Below are positions 1 to 15,876 of a stretch of DNA of 41,598 nucleotides, piece by piece. Below the pieces are notes generated by a model. The model was not told where the DNA came from. It was given only the letters and a program-made list of their open reading frames with translations, and did no database searches. The translations under genes and the position numbers were made by a program. The stretch lies in NCBI GenBank assembly GCA_023382135.1, contig JAMCQK010000127.1, positions 1-41,598 on the forward strand, in the 5' to 3' direction. Each line of letters opens with the position of its first letter. Positions within the stretch are counted from its first letter, which is position 1. The stretch is from Deinococcus sp. (GTDB lineage Bacteria > Deinococcota > Deinococci > Deinococcales > Thermaceae).

Positions 1-27
1 GCCCGCACCCGGCCCCGGCGGGCTTTT
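1..27 (+). terminator. possible rho-independent terminator of a gene upstream of the window
   Basis: GCCCGC (1-6) pairs with GCGGGC (18-23) and is followed by TTTT (24-27). It is cut by the window edge, so the stem may be longer. Confidence 0.3.
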
Positions 28-200
28 GATTCATACTTGCCATCCTTTCAAAAGGGCGTGCGCGGGTCGCTGTCCCGCCCAGTGAAGAAGTAGCTTGACA
101 AATGGAAGCTCCACGGAGCTTCTTTGATCAAGTGTTTAATTGCAAAAGTCTATTTATGGCTAATACCAAAAAAATTGGTTATCTAAAAAACTAAATGGTT

Positions 201-1091
201 TCAGGAGAAGATGACCTGCAAGTAAAACGTAATGGGCACACTGAACAAAAGGCTGTCCATTCGGTCCAAAAGCCCGCCGTGGCCGGGGAGAAAACTGCCA
301 GAGTCCTTTACTCCACAGTAACGCTTGAGCATTGACTCGGTTAGGTCTCCCAGTTGCGCCGCCAATGAGAGCACTAGGCTCACCACCAAGAGTTCCACCC
401 AGCCAAACGGAAAAGCCTCGCTCACGATGCCCGCGTAGGCCAGGAGCGCCACAAAGCTAAAAAGAATCCCACCCACCGAACCCTCAACGGTTTTTCCCGG
501 GCTAATAGTGGGGGCGAGCTTATGCCGTCCATAGCGCCTGCCCACGATATAGGCCCCGGTGTCGGTAGCGAAGCTGGCAATGAGCGGGAGCGTAAGCGTC
601 CAGATGCCCTGTTCGGCGTTTGGCAGGTAGCGGAGAAGCAGAAAGAAACCCAAGGTCCAGGGGACGTAGATGAAGGCCATCAGGCTATAGGCAAAGCGCT
701 GAATGTTTCCTCCGAATAGAAGCTCATAGCTGAAAGCCCCGATGAGCACCAAGCCCAGCGCGATTTCCCGCCAGGGGATATGAGGATAGGTGTCGTAAAG
801 CTGGGGAAGTGAGAAGGACAGCATGACTATGCCGCCAAAACGCAAGAAGTGCATGTTGAGCTCTACACCTTTGTGGCGCAGCATGTCGCGCAGCTCGGCG
901 GTGGCAAGCCACAGAAGTCCAATCAGCGTCGGAATCACCAGCGGGAGCCCTACCCACATGATGAACGCCAGTGCCAAGAGCCCCTGCACGCTGCTGACTG
1001 TCCGCGCGAGTAACGAATCCTTCGCTCCCCCGTTGTTTTCGGAGCCGGCTTCTGTTTTTAAATCCACGCGCTCCTCAACTTTCCCAGCCAA
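201..1091 (-). CDS. cdsA: phosphatidate cytidylyltransferase (CDP-diglyceride synthase)
   Basis: 296-aa polytopic membrane ORF ending in the CdsA-type motif (SxLKRxxxxKDxGxxxPGHGGxxDRxDS). It lies downstream of frr, as in many bacteria. The start is a TTG and could be internal. Confidence 0.85.
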   Translation of the reverse strand: MAGKVEERVDLKTEAGSENNGGAKDSLLARTVSSVQGLLALAFIMWVGLPLVIPTLIGLLWLATAELRDMLRHKGVELNMHFLRFGGIVMLSFSLPQLYDTYPHIPWREIALGLVLIGAFSYELLFGGNIQRFAYSLMAFIYVPWTLGFFLLLRYLPNAEQGIWTLTLPLIASFATDTGAYIVGRRYGRHKLAPTISPGKTVEGSVGGILFSFVALLAYAGIVSEAFPFGWVELLVVSLVLSLAAQLGDLTESMLKRYCGVKDSGSFLPGHGGLLDRMDSLLFSVPITFYLQVIFS

Positions 1092-1109
1092 GAACTGCTT
1101 GTAGTGTAC

Positions 1110-1667
1110 CTAATTGCCTAGAATTTCCTGTTCCTTCTTGTGTAAGTGCTCGTCAACTTTGTGTGATAGCTCGTCAGTGATTTTTTGGATCTCGGCCTCG
1201 GCACGTTTGAGGTCGTCCTCGGAGATCTTCTTGTCCTTCTCCCACTTCTTGACCTTGTCCAGCGCGTCGCGGCGGGCGTTGCGGATGGCTACTTTGGCCT
1301 CTTCAGCGAAATGCTTGACCGATTTAACCAGGTCTTTGCGCCTGTCTTCGGTCAGTGGGGGAACGGGGATGAACAGTGAATCCCCCTGGTTATTGGGGTT
1401 CAAGTTAAGGTCCGATTCCCGGATGGCTTTTTCAATAAGCTTCAAAGCCTGTGGATCCCAGGCTTGTACCACTAGTGTTCGGGCGTCCGGGGACGAGACC
1501 GTGCCCAGCTGGTTCAAGGGCATCATGGAGCCGTAGTAGTCAATTTTCACATTGCTGAGGAGCGCTGGGTTGGCGCGCCCACTGCGGGTGGACGCAAGGT
1601 GGTGGTCCAGGGCCTCGAGGGCCTTCTGCATCTGCTCACGGGTTTCGCGGTAAAGTTCTTTTAGCAT
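1110..1667 (-). CDS. frr: ribosome recycling factor
   Basis: 185-aa ORF with a typical RRF sequence and length, in a conserved pyrH-frr context. Confidence 0.95.
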   Translation of the reverse strand: MLKELYRETREQMQKALEALDHHLASTRSGRANPALLSNVKIDYYGSMMPLNQLGTVSSPDARTLVVQAWDPQALKLIEKAIRESDLNLNPNNQGDSLFIPVPPLTEDRRKDLVKSVKHFAEEAKVAIRNARRDALDKVKKWEKDKKISEDDLKRAEAEIQKITDELSHKVDEHLHKKEQEILGN

Positions 1668-1725
1668 AGGGGCCTCCGCTATTTACGATAACGAAAATTT
1701 GGCCTGAGTATAGGTGGCGCTTGAC

Positions 1726-2490
<765 letters not shown>

Positions 2491-2500
2491 TTAGACATCT

Positions 2501-3091
2501 TTACGCTCCAACCTCGAAGCGGCAGAACCGCCTTACCACCACGTTCTCGCCAACTTTTGCGATCACCTGTTGTACCAGTTCCGCTATGCGGATTTTGTCA
2601 TCCTTCACGAAGGGTTGCTCCAGCAGCACTGTTTCCTCGCGGAACTTCTTGAGCCTGCCTTCGGCAATTTTCTCTGCAACGCCCTGGGGCTTGCCCTCAT
2701 TCATGGCTGCCTGGATGTAAATTTGTCTTTCCTTTTCCAGTTCCGAAGCCGGAATCTCTTCCGAACTCACGTAGCGGGGGTTCGCCATGGCGATGTGCAT
2801 CGACAGGTCCCTGCACAGGCGCTGGAACTCTTCGTTCCGTGCCACAAAGTCGGTCTCGCAGTTGACCTCTACCAGTACGGCCACGCGCCCGTTGTGGTGT
2901 AGATAGTTGCCGATAAGCCCTTCACGCGCCTCGCGGTCGGCCTTCTTGGCCGCCTTTACCGCCCCGCGTTCGCGCAACAACTGTAGTGCCTTGTCATTGT
3001 CCCAAGCCGCGTCCTCGAGCGCCTTTTTCACGTCCATCATTCCGGCGCCAGAAGACTCACGCAGCTTTTTGATCTGTTCCATCTGGGTCAT
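2501..3091 (-). CDS. tsf: elongation factor Ts (short form)
   Basis: 196-aa ORF with an N-terminal UBA-like [19 protein letters not shown] motif. Its ATGA start overlaps the rpsB stop. Confidence 0.95.
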   Translation of the reverse strand: MTQMEQIKKLRESSGAGMMDVKKALEDAAWDNDKALQLLRERGAVKAAKKADREAREGLIGNYLHHNGRVAVLVEVNCETDFVARNEEFQRLCRDLSMHIAMANPRYVSSEEIPASELEKERQIYIQAAMNEGKPQGVAEKIAEGRLKKFREETVLLEQPFVKDDKIRIAELVQQVIAKVGENVVVRRFCRFEVGA

Positions 3092-3831
3092 GCTTCTACC
3101 TCTACCGCTACCTCTGCATCTTCGGATGGGGCTTCGCGCTTACCTCCCCCGCGGGTTTCGACAATTAGATCGGTCACACGGGTCAAGAGAAGCTGGATGG
3201 AGCGGATGGCATCGTCGTTTCCGGGGATGATGTAGTCCACCAGGTCCGGGTCGGAATCGGTGTCGGCCAGGCCCACTACGGGGATGCCCAGTTTGCGGGC
3301 TTCGGCCACAGCAATGGTTTCCTTGGTGGGGTCTACCACAAAGATGGCGTCCGGAAGGCGTTTTAGCTTGCGGAAGCCGCCCAGGTATTTTTTCAAACGT
3401 TCCATCTCGTGCTGCAAGCGGACCTGCTCGGTTTTGGGGCGCTCGTTGATGTCCGGCGAAGCGAATAAGTCTTCCAACTCTTTAAGCCGGTTCACGCGTG
3501 CGCTGATAGTTTTAAAGTTCGTGAGCATACCTCCCAGCCAGCGCTGGTTTACGTAAGGCATACCGCAGCGGTCGGCCTCGAGGGCGACGATCTCCTGCGC
3601 CTGTTTTTTGGTGCCCACATACAGCATGGTCCCGCCGCGCATGGCCAGGTCCTGCACATAGCCAAAGGTGCGTTCAATCTCGACCATGGTTTTTTGCAGG
3701 TCGATGATAAAAATACCGTTGCGCTCGGCGTAGATAAACCGCTTCATTTTTGGGTTCCAACGCTTGGTCTCGTGACCAAAATGGACCCCGGCTTCTAATA
3801 GTTCTTTGATGGTGACGTTTACCACTGACAT
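3088..3831 (-). CDS. rpsB: 30S ribosomal protein S2
   Basis: 247-aa ORF with [20 protein letters not shown]. It has an acidic C-terminal tail. Confidence 0.95.
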   Translation of the reverse strand: MSVVNVTIKELLEAGVHFGHETKRWNPKMKRFIYAERNGIFIIDLQKTMVEIERTFGYVQDLAMRGGTMLYVGTKKQAQEIVALEADRCGMPYVNQRWLGGMLTNFKTISARVNRLKELEDLFASPDINERPKTEQVRLQHEMERLKKYLGGFRKLKRLPDAIFVVDPTKETIAVAEARKLGIPVVGLADTDSDPDLVDYIIPGNDDAIRSIQLLLTRVTDLIVETRGGGKREAPSEDAEVAVEVEA

Positions 3832-4188
3832 AGTCCTCCACTGGGAAAGGTTGAGGTTGGCGTTAATTGAGCGCCGTCAGCCTTCAGCACGGGACCTTTC
3901 CCTGCCCGCGCCCGCTTTCGGCACACCCGACCGATTATAGCGGTGAAACCGTGAATGGGGAAGGGTAGCCCTAACGTCTCCCTGTTTCATTCCGCACCCC
4001 AGATCAAGTTATTTTGCACACACACCGCCCTTTCAAGTCAGGCAAGGAGCCTGTTTTGTGTTGACCCAAGAGCGTTCCGGACCCGGTCTAGGGCCGATTA
4101 GGCCTGGGAACGGCCCTTAGGAAAAAGCTCGGGAGGATTACCCTGGGTCGCGCCTGCTATACTCTGTATCGCCCTATTTGGGCTGTCT

Positions 4189-4263
<75 letters not shown>

Positions 4264-4269
4264 AAACGA

Positions 4270-4291
4270 CAGGGGAGACCCTGCCTTTGTT
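4270..4291 (+). terminator. weak terminator-like hairpin after tRNA-Ala
   Basis: CAGGG-GAGA-CCCTG forms a 5-bp stem with a GNRA loop, followed by CCTTTGTT. Confidence 0.3.
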
Positions 4292-4308
4292 ATTGATATG
4301 CTTTCTGC

Positions 4309-5442
4309 ATGAGCCCAGATGTTTCGTCAGGTTCAGTCTGGGACGATCATTCCTGGACTCCCCTGCCATCGCTGGAGGGTGATTTAAAAGCCGATATTTG
4401 CGTTGTCGGGTTGGGCGGCTCGGGCCTGGCTGCTGTTCACGAGCTTCTTAGGCTAGGCGTGAGCGTTGTGGGAGTAGATGCCGGGCCTGTAGCCGGTGGT
4501 GCCGCGGGCAGAAACGGCGGTTTTTTGCTTGCGGGACTAGCGAAGTTTTACCACCAGACGGTTCAAAAGTTTGGCCGGGAAAGAGCCAAAGACATCTACC
4601 AGGCCACGCTAAACCAGATTGACCGCATGACCGAAGAAACTCCTCTGGCCATAAGACGTGTTGGTTCGCTGCGTGTTGCCGATACTCAAGAGGAATCCCA
4701 GGATTGCTTGAAACACGCCGAAGCTTTGCATGCGGATGGCTTTGCGGTTGAACCTTACGAGGGCCCAGAAGGGCGCGGAATTCTGATTCCCACCGACGCT
4801 GCGTTTAATCCGCTTTTGCGTTGCCGCATCCTGGCAGAACGCGCTACTCTGGCGGGCGCGCGGCTCTTTGAACACTCGCCTGCCGTGCACATCTCGGGGA
4901 ATGAAGTGCGGACACCCAAGGGTAGCGTGTGCTGCAAAAAGGTGATTGTTGCGGTTGACGGGAAGCTAGAGCTGCTCCTGACTGAACTTTCCGGAAAAGT
5001 GCGTACTGCGCGGCTGCAGATGCTGGCTACCGCGCCCACAACGGAAACGGGCTTTCCCAGGCCGGTTTATGCCCGCTATGGCTATGAGTACTGGCAGCAG
5101 CTGCCGGATGGCCGCATTGCCGTAGGTGGCTTCCGCGACCTCGGCGGTGAGGCGGAATGGACTTTTAGCGACCAGTCCACCCCGCTAATCCAGGCAGCAC
5201 TGGACAAATTGCTTAGAGAGCGGCTGGGCGTTCAAGCGCCAATCACCCACCGCTGGGCGGCTTCCGTTGGTTATACACAGACTGGTCTGCCAATTATTGA
5301 AGAAACCCGGCCCAATGTTTGGGCTATCGGTGGTTACTCAGGCACAGGCAATGTCGTCGGGGGGCTTTGCGGCCAAGCTGTGGCGCAAATAGTCACAGCT
5401 GGCAGCCCGGGTTTTGCCGGGCTGATTTCAATCAAATCATAG
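4309..5442 (+). CDS. FAD-dependent oxidoreductase (DAO / glycine-D-amino-acid oxidase-like family)
   Basis: 377-aa ORF with an N-terminal dinucleotide-binding motif VVGLGGSGLAAV...GVD and GRNGG. Confidence 0.75.
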   Translation: MSPDVSSGSVWDDHSWTPLPSLEGDLKADICVVGLGGSGLAAVHELLRLGVSVVGVDAGPVAGGAAGRNGGFLLAGLAKFYHQTVQKFGRERAKDIYQATLNQIDRMTEETPLAIRRVGSLRVADTQEESQDCLKHAEALHADGFAVEPYEGPEGRGILIPTDAAFNPLLRCRILAERATLAGARLFEHSPAVHISGNEVRTPKGSVCCKKVIVAVDGKLELLLTELSGKVRTARLQMLATAPTTETGFPRPVYARYGYEYWQQLPDGRIAVGGFRDLGGEAEWTFSDQSTPLIQAALDKLLRERLGVQAPITHRWAASVGYTQTGLPIIEETRPNVWAIGGYSGTGNVVGGLCGQAVAQIVTAGSPGFAGLISIKS

Positions 5443-5495
5443 GGAAAACCATCTGCTCCTATGCACCAAATTTGTTCTGAGCCGTGTTGCGTAAC

Positions 5496-6731
5496 CTAGC
5501 TAACCCACTCCCCGGCCCTCATCAGCGGCTCAACCTGCCCGTTCTGGCTGATTCCGTCCACGTCTACCTGTCCTGAGCCGATCATCCAGTCGGTATGAAT
5601 CAGGCTGTCATTGAAACCTTTGGTAGCTTTTTGGCCGGCTGAGAGCTCTGTAGAACCTTCCAAGCATTCGTCGTAGGCACGGCCAAAGGCGATGTGGCTG
5701 GCGGCGTTTTCGTCGAACAGGGTGTCATAGAAAAGGATGCCGCTTTTGGACACAGGTGAGCTGTGGGGTACCAAGGCAACTTCTCCAAGCCTCTTTGCGC
5801 CCTCGTCGGTATCCAGCAGGTTTTTGAGCACCGTCTCGCCTTTATCCGCGCCAATCTCCACAGCTTTGCCTTGTTCGAACCGGACACGGATTCCTTCAAT
5901 CAAATTTCCGTGCAAACTTAGCGGCTTGGTGCTGGTGACGTATCCTTCCACATAGCTCCGGTGGGGAGTGGTAAACACTTCCTCGGTGGGCATGTTGGGG
6001 ATGCAGGTAGAGCCATTTTTGGCTTTTCCCGCGCCGCCAGCCCAGAGGTGGCCGTCGGCGAGCCCAACGATAAGGTCGGTACCAGGTCCTTTGAAGTGGA
6101 GGGCTTTGTAACGCCTGGCATTCAGGAAGTTCACCCGCTCTTGGAGCGATGCGGTGTGGGCCTTCCAGGCGGCTACTGGGTCTTTTTCGTTCATCCGGGT
6201 GACCTCGAAGATAGCGTCCCAGAGCTTTTTCATTTGCTCTTCTTGCGTGAGAGCGGGAAAAATCTGACTGGCCCAGGCTGGCGTGGCTGCCGGCACAATG
6301 CACCAGTTCACCGCGAAGCTGGTAATGCGCTCGATATAAGGTTTGGTGTATCTCGAGGCCGTCTGTGAGGTCTTCCGGATAAGTTCCGGGTCTTGATCTT
6401 TTAGAAGCGTGGGGTTATCCGCCGAAATATTCAGTACGCCGGTGCCTTCGTCTATTGCCCTTACCAGCCCGTCCACCCTCCAGGCATCAAACTCTTCGAA
6501 TGAATCGCGAGGGGCGTACTTGTACCGGGCAAGAGCTACCTGCTCGTCCAGCCAGTTGACCGTGACAAAGCGCGAACCTGCTTTGTAGGCCTCCTCAGCC
6601 AGCTTTCTGGCGAGAGGAGCGGCCTCGAGTGGGGAACGGATCATCAACTTCTGCCCTGGCAGCAAGCCAACCCCAACCTTTACCGCCACCTCGGCAAAAC
6701 GCGAAAGCATTGCATCAAACGAGTCGTCCAT
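5496..6731 (-). CDS. aminopeptidase T-like metalloprotease (M29 family)
   Basis: 411-aa ORF whose overall sequence resembles thermophilic aminopeptidase T / PepS (M29), including EEVFTTP and HIAFG segments. Confidence 0.85.
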   Translation of the reverse strand: MDDSFDAMLSRFAEVAVKVGVGLLPGQKLMIRSPLEAAPLARKLAEEAYKAGSRFVTVNWLDEQVALARYKYAPRDSFEEFDAWRVDGLVRAIDEGTGVLNISADNPTLLKDQDPELIRKTSQTASRYTKPYIERITSFAVNWCIVPAATPAWASQIFPALTQEEQMKKLWDAIFEVTRMNEKDPVAAWKAHTASLQERVNFLNARRYKALHFKGPGTDLIVGLADGHLWAGGAGKAKNGSTCIPNMPTEEVFTTPHRSYVEGYVTSTKPLSLHGNLIEGIRVRFEQGKAVEIGADKGETVLKNLLDTDEGAKRLGEVALVPHSSPVSKSGILFYDTLFDENAASHIAFGRAYDECLEGSTELSAGQKATKGFNDSLIHTDWMIGSGQVDVDGISQNGQVEPLMRAGEWVS

Positions 6732-6985
6732 AGGAGTACTCTACCCGTGTTGACGTGGAGGTTGGACTGGTCTAGGCTTGTGTTTAACCATGGCAAAGTC
6801 GCGCACCCCGCGCACATTCAAGTGGCACCACCAGCGCTGGAGGATTTTCCATAGCTAGCCTTGCCTTGACCGGGATTTCTCCAACTTCAAGAGAGAGCTA
6901 GCAAACGATGTCCGCTTGCGGCGCAGAGAGCTGTGTTGATTTGCACCATGAACAGCGAGGCAATGTGAAACTTCCTTCTTACCCA

Positions 6986-9853
<2,868 letters not shown>

Positions 9854-9854
<1 letters not shown>

Positions 9855-10699
9855 TGAGCGTTGACGTGCGCCGCATCGTCTGTTCGGAGTGCCTTGAGTA
9901 CCTCAAAAAACTGCGTTCGCGCCAGTTTTCTCTTATCTACATTGATCCCCCGTTCAATACTGGCCGCAAACAAAAACGCAGCCGCATTCGAGTGGTTCAG
10001 GACGATGCTGGCGAACGCTCTGGTTTTGGTGGCAGGCGTTACCGGACCGAGAGCGTCGAATCGCCGTGGTACCCCGATACCTACGATAACTTCACCCAGT
10101 TTCTTGAGCCCAGGCTGCGGGAGGCGTACCGCTTGTTAAGTGACGACGGGTCGCTGTTCTTGCATCTCGACTACCGTGAAGTCCACTACGCCAAGGTTTT
10201 GCTGGACGAAATTTTTGGACGCGACAATTTCCTCAACGAAATTATCTGGGCTTACGACTACGGCGCACGTGCCAAAAACCGCTGGCCCGCTAAGCATGAC
10301 AACATCCTCTGGTACGCGAAAGATCCCGAAAGGTACATCTTCAACTATCACCAGATTGACCGCATCCCCTACATGGCGCCAGATTTAGTCGGCCCGGAAA
10401 AAGCGGCTAGAGGCAAGACGCCCACCGACGTCTGGTGGCAGACGGTGGTGCCAACCAACGGCAAAGAGAAGACTGGCTATCCAACGCAGAAGCCTCTCAA
10501 ACTCTTGGAGCGGATTGTGCGCGTTCACTCGAATGCCGGCGATACTGTGCTCGACTTTTTTGCGGGTTCGGGAACTACCGGCGAGGCCGCTGCCAGGCTT
10601 GGCCGCGGTTTTGTGCTGGTGGATGAAGGCCTCGAGGCCTGCCGCATCATGGCGAGAAGGCTTGACGCGTGGAAACCAAGGCTAATCGGATTCAAGTGA
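9854..10699 (+). CDS. DNA methyltransferase, beta-class N6-adenine/N4-cytosine family (probably m6A), with no partner endonuclease
   Basis: Motif IV is IYIDPPFNTG near the N-terminus and motif I is VLDFFAGSGTTGEAA near the C-terminus. That order defines the beta-class permutation. The GTG start overlaps the trpA TAG (TAGTG), so the exact start is uncertain. Confidence 0.85.
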
Positions 10700-10700
10700 A

Positions 10701-11825
10701 CTAGCGAGCCGTTTTGAGGTAAGCATCGAGCCGCTCAATTGCGCGGGTTAGTTCGTTTTCTGTCTTGCAGAAGGCAAAACGCATCAGTCCATCTGGCGCC
10801 GGGTGTTGTTCATAAAAAGCCCTCCCTGGTATGGCCGCCACCTTGGCGTCTTTAACCAAAGTTTCGGCTTCCAGTCCTGGTTTTCGCGCAGTCAAAAAAT
10901 AGGTTGACTGTGGCAAAAAGACCTCGAAGCCCAAGGCCCGCAGCCCAGAAGCCAAAAGGTCGCGCCGCTTTTTGTAGCCCTCCCGAAGCGTCTGGTAGTA
11001 TCCCGTTTGCCGCGCAAAGGGAAGAGCTTCGGCTACCGCCGCTTGCAGTGGGGCAGGCGAGCAGAAGCTGGACCATTGGCGCATCCCCGCGAGCGTGGGG
11101 GCCAGGCCTGCCGGGGTGAGAATCCAGCCCACGCGCCAACCGGTGGCCTCGAGGCGCTTGCCCGCCGAGCCCACGGTGAAGGTTCTCTCGGGGGCCAGCC
11201 TGCGAAGTGAAAGCGGGGCTCCTGAGAAATAAAGCTCGTCGTAGACCTCGTCGCTGATAATCCAAAGATCCCTTTCTTTTGCCAGCGACACAATTCTTTC
11301 GAGCTCACTCTTTGAGAAGATGGTTCCCGTCGGATTATTGGGGCTGTTGATCAGCAAGGCCCGCGTGCGTGAAGAAATGTTCCGTTCAAGGGCCTCGAGG
11401 TCGAGCCTCCACCCGCCCTCCAGTTTCATGGGCACCAGCACGGGTGTTGCCCCCGCTAACTTGGCATCCGGCAAATAAACATCAAAGTACGGTTCAAGGA
11501 TGACCACCTCATCCCCAGGCCCGTACAAGGCCTGTGCCAATGCGTGCAGCGCCTCGGTGCCCCCGCAGGTAATGACTACCTGGTCGATATCAACACTCAG
11601 GTCTTCCGCGAGCGCCTCACGCAGTTTGAATAGACCAATTGGAGCAGTGTACTGATCAAAGACCCCAATGGCTTTACGTGCCGCTGCCAGCAAGAAGTCG
11701 GGAGGTGGATTGGAAGGAAACCCCTGTCCTAAATTGATAGCCCCAAACTGAGCGGCTAACCGGCTCATGGTGGCGAAGATGCTCTCGGTCGAAAGCTGGG
11801 TACGGGGGTGAAGCGGGCTGGGCAT
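10701..11825 (-). CDS. class I/II PLP-dependent aminotransferase (YbdL / kynurenine aminotransferase-like)
   Basis: 374-aa ORF with INLGQGFP, NSPNNPTG and a SAGKRLEATGWRVGW PLP-lysine region. Confidence 0.85.
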   Translation of the reverse strand: MPSPLHPRTQLSTESIFATMSRLAAQFGAINLGQGFPSNPPPDFLLAAARKAIGVFDQYTAPIGLFKLREALAEDLSVDIDQVVITCGGTEALHALAQALYGPGDEVVILEPYFDVYLPDAKLAGATPVLVPMKLEGGWRLDLEALERNISSRTRALLINSPNNPTGTIFSKSELERIVSLAKERDLWIISDEVYDELYFSGAPLSLRRLAPERTFTVGSAGKRLEATGWRVGWILTPAGLAPTLAGMRQWSSFCSPAPLQAAVAEALPFARQTGYYQTLREGYKKRRDLLASGLRALGFEVFLPQSTYFLTARKPGLEAETLVKDAKVAAIPGRAFYEQHPAPDGLMRFAFCKTENELTRAIERLDAYLKTAR

Positions 11826-12007
11826 GAATACCAGTCTATGGCCCAGCGCATTCTACGGAAACAGAACGACCTGCTACTTTACCAGCAAGTCCAGCGGTAA
11901 ATTATCTTTTCGATTATGAACCGGTACCCTATTTTACATTCCCCAGCTTTTGCAATGACCTCGATCTGCTCGGTGACGCCGGCTTTGTCCCAACAAAAGC
12001 GGGCATT

Positions 12008-12760
12008 CTATCGAGCCGCACCAAGCAACAACAGGTAACTCTCAAGCTGCAGGCTTGCCCCGCCCGCCAGACCACCATCAATGTTCGGCTGAGCGAACAG
12101 CGCTGCGGCATTGTCCGGTTTCACCGAGCCGCCGTAGAGAATCCGTACGCCAGCTGCATACTCCTTGCCAAAACGGCTCGACAGCCAGCTGCGAATTTCG
12201 TCGTGCATGTTTTCGGCGTCATCGGGCGTAGCGTTTTTGCCAGTGCCAATAGCCCAGACGGGCTCGTAGGCGATTACGAGATTATGGGGACTACCGGGGT
12301 TTACGCCCTGCAAGCTTCCTTCAAGCTGCTTGAGCGTGTAGAAGACTGCTTCTCCGGCCTCGCGCACTTCTAGCGGCTCGCCCACACAAAGGATTGGGGC
12401 TATGTTTGCCTCGAGCAGCCTCTTGGCTTTTTCGGCCACCAGCAAATCCGGCTCTTTGTGGTAAGCCCGTCGCTCGGAATGACCGATAATCGTGTATTTA
12501 CAGCCCAGGTCCGCGAGCATCTTGGCGGAAATTTCACCGGTGTAAGCGCCTTCCTGATGGGCCGACACGTCCTGCGCGCCAAAAGCTACTGGGCTGCCCG
12601 ACAACACTTCTTGAGCCGCCGGCAAAGAAGTAAACGGCACCATCAAGGCTGCCTCGGCGCTGGACGGGAGAGTATGCGAGAGTAACTCTTGGAGCCATAC
12701 TTTAGCTTCGGTGAGTGTTTTATGCATTTTCCAGTTGCCAGCTACCAGCTTTTTGCGCAT
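12008..12760 (-). CDS. tpiA: triosephosphate isomerase
   Basis: 250-aa ORF with [27 protein letters not shown] and YGGSV. Confidence 0.95.
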   Translation of the reverse strand: MRKKLVAGNWKMHKTLTEAKVWLQELLSHTLPSSAEAALMVPFTSLPAAQEVLSGSPVAFGAQDVSAHQEGAYTGEISAKMLADLGCKYTIIGHSERRAYHKEPDLLVAEKAKRLLEANIAPILCVGEPLEVREAGEAVFYTLKQLEGSLQGVNPGSPHNLVIAYEPVWAIGTGKNATPDDAENMHDEIRSWLSSRFGKEYAAGVRILYGGSVKPDNAAALFAQPNIDGGLAGGASLQLESYLLLLGAAR

Positions 12761-12836
12761 ATCAGGACCATCCTAAACCAAAGACAAACCCCCGCCGTAG
12801 CATGAGGGTCTGTTGACAGAGAAAGTGGGCTTAGAG

Positions 12837-14057
12837 TTACGACAAGGCCTCAATACCTGGGAGGGTGCCCGATTCCAAAAACTCCAAGCTGGCGCCACCA
12901 CCGGTGGAGACATGGCTGAACTTTTCCGATACCCCTAGCTTGTTGGCTGCCGCCACCGAGTCGCCACCGCCCACTACGGTGAAGGCCCCGGAAAGTTCGG
13001 CAATAGCTTTGCCCACCACAAGCGTGCCCGCATCGAACGGAGGCGTCTCGAACACGCCCATTGGCCCATTCCAGAAAACCGTATGGGCCCCTTGCAACGC
13101 TTTGGCAAAATCTTTCTGCGAGTCAGGGCCAATATCCAGCCCCATCCAACCCTCGGGGATCCGGTTGGCAGGGAAGACCGTGGTCTCTACACCTTTTTCA
13201 ATTTTCTTGGCGGCAACAACATCGGTCGGGAGTTGAAGCTTAACGCCTATAGCCGACGCAATCTGAATTAACCAGCGAGCCAGATCTAGTTTGTCGTCTT
13301 CCACCAGCGAATTTCCCACCTGGCCACCCCGGGCCTTGATGAAGGTAAAGGCCATGGCCCCGCCAATCACTATGCCGTCGACCTTGGGTAAAAGCTTGTT
13401 AATCAAACCAATTTTGTCCGAGACCTTGGCCCCGCCCAGCACCATCCAGTAGGGCTTGCTCGGCGTGTCGATCAATTTGCTAAGGGCTGATACCTCTTTT
13501 TCCATGAGCCGCCCGGCATAGCTCGGCAGATGTTTGGTGATACCAGTAACCGAGGCGTGGGCGCGGTGGGCGCTGCCGAAGGCATCCAGCACAAAAGCGT
13601 CGCCTAGTCTTGCGTAGCCTTGGGCTAGATCATCGTCGTTTGCTTCCTCGCCGTCATTAAAACGTACATTTTCGAGCAAAGCCACCGAACCAGGAAGCAG
13701 GCCGCCCGCTTGATTCAAGACATCAAGATACCCCGAGGCAGAAGGCCTTGGTGGAGGACCCTTGATAAATTTAACCTCTTTGTGAAGGTAGTCTTGCAGA
13801 ACTTTCACAACGGGTTGCAGGCTAAAAGCTGGATCTTTCCCTTTCGGCCGGCCCAAGTGACTCATTAAGATCACTGCTAAATTTTTCCCCAGCAGATGCT
13901 TTATGGTTGGCAGGCTGGCTTTGATGCGTGTGTCGTCGGTGACCCTGCCGTCCTTGATTGGAACGTTGTAGTCCACGCGCACCAGAACATTGCTGAAGTT
14001 TTCGTCTAGCGTGTACTTGGCCTCAAAGTCTTTGTCAAAATCTGCCAGTGTTCGCAT
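12837..14057 (-). CDS. pgk: phosphoglycerate kinase
   Basis: 406-aa ORF with [15 protein letters not shown] and [13 protein letters not shown]-like motifs. Confidence 0.95.
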   Translation of the reverse strand: MRTLADFDKDFEAKYTLDENFSNVLVRVDYNVPIKDGRVTDDTRIKASLPTIKHLLGKNLAVILMSHLGRPKGKDPAFSLQPVVKVLQDYLHKEVKFIKGPPPRPSASGYLDVLNQAGGLLPGSVALLENVRFNDGEEANDDDLAQGYARLGDAFVLDAFGSAHRAHASVTGITKHLPSYAGRLMEKEVSALSKLIDTPSKPYWMVLGGAKVSDKIGLINKLLPKVDGIVIGGAMAFTFIKARGGQVGNSLVEDDKLDLARWLIQIASAIGVKLQLPTDVVAAKKIEKGVETTVFPANRIPEGWMGLDIGPDSQKDFAKALQGAHTVFWNGPMGVFETPPFDAGTLVVGKAIAELSGAFTVVGGGDSVAAANKLGVSEKFSHVSTGGGASLEFLESGTLPGIEALS

Positions 14058-14178
14058 CCGGACCTCCGAAAGGAATGACTGTTTTGTCGGCAGAGGAAAG
14101 CAGTTTTGGATGGAGCCGAGAATCGCGCAGGCCCGGGACCCTCTTACCCCAAGCCTTCAGCCCTCTGTGCTCGCCTAT

Positions 14179-15778
<1,600 letters not shown>

Positions 15779-15876
15779 GATGGCCGGCCGCCTCCACTAC
15801 GTTTAGCCTGGCAGCATGGCCGCCCAGATGCGTCAGCCGCTTGCTATCTCATGCCTGTGCCGGTAAAACTGTAACG

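Noticed and set aside
120-200. AT-rich stretch downstream of cdsA as a possible small gene or insertion
   Set aside because: There is no ORF, repeat or RNA motif I can support. It contains only a 7-bp hairpin (105-122), and it is probably just a terminator or intergenic spacer.
6908-6985. N-terminal extensions suggested by the ORF track. They affect trpB (6908), trpA (9039), gap (to 15252), the amidase (15775), hisS (26062), aspS (27436), pdxT (to 35684) and the small ORF (32679).
   Set aside because: Conserved protein N-termini, signal peptides or Shine-Dalgarno sequences support the internal starts listed in the features. The extensions have no family similarity.
11826-12007. A secG gene expected downstream of tpiA
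   Set aside because: The only ORF there (a tail of 11929..12111, minus strand) is not hydrophobic and does not resemble SecG. I treat the region as intergenic and as the aminotransferase promoter region.
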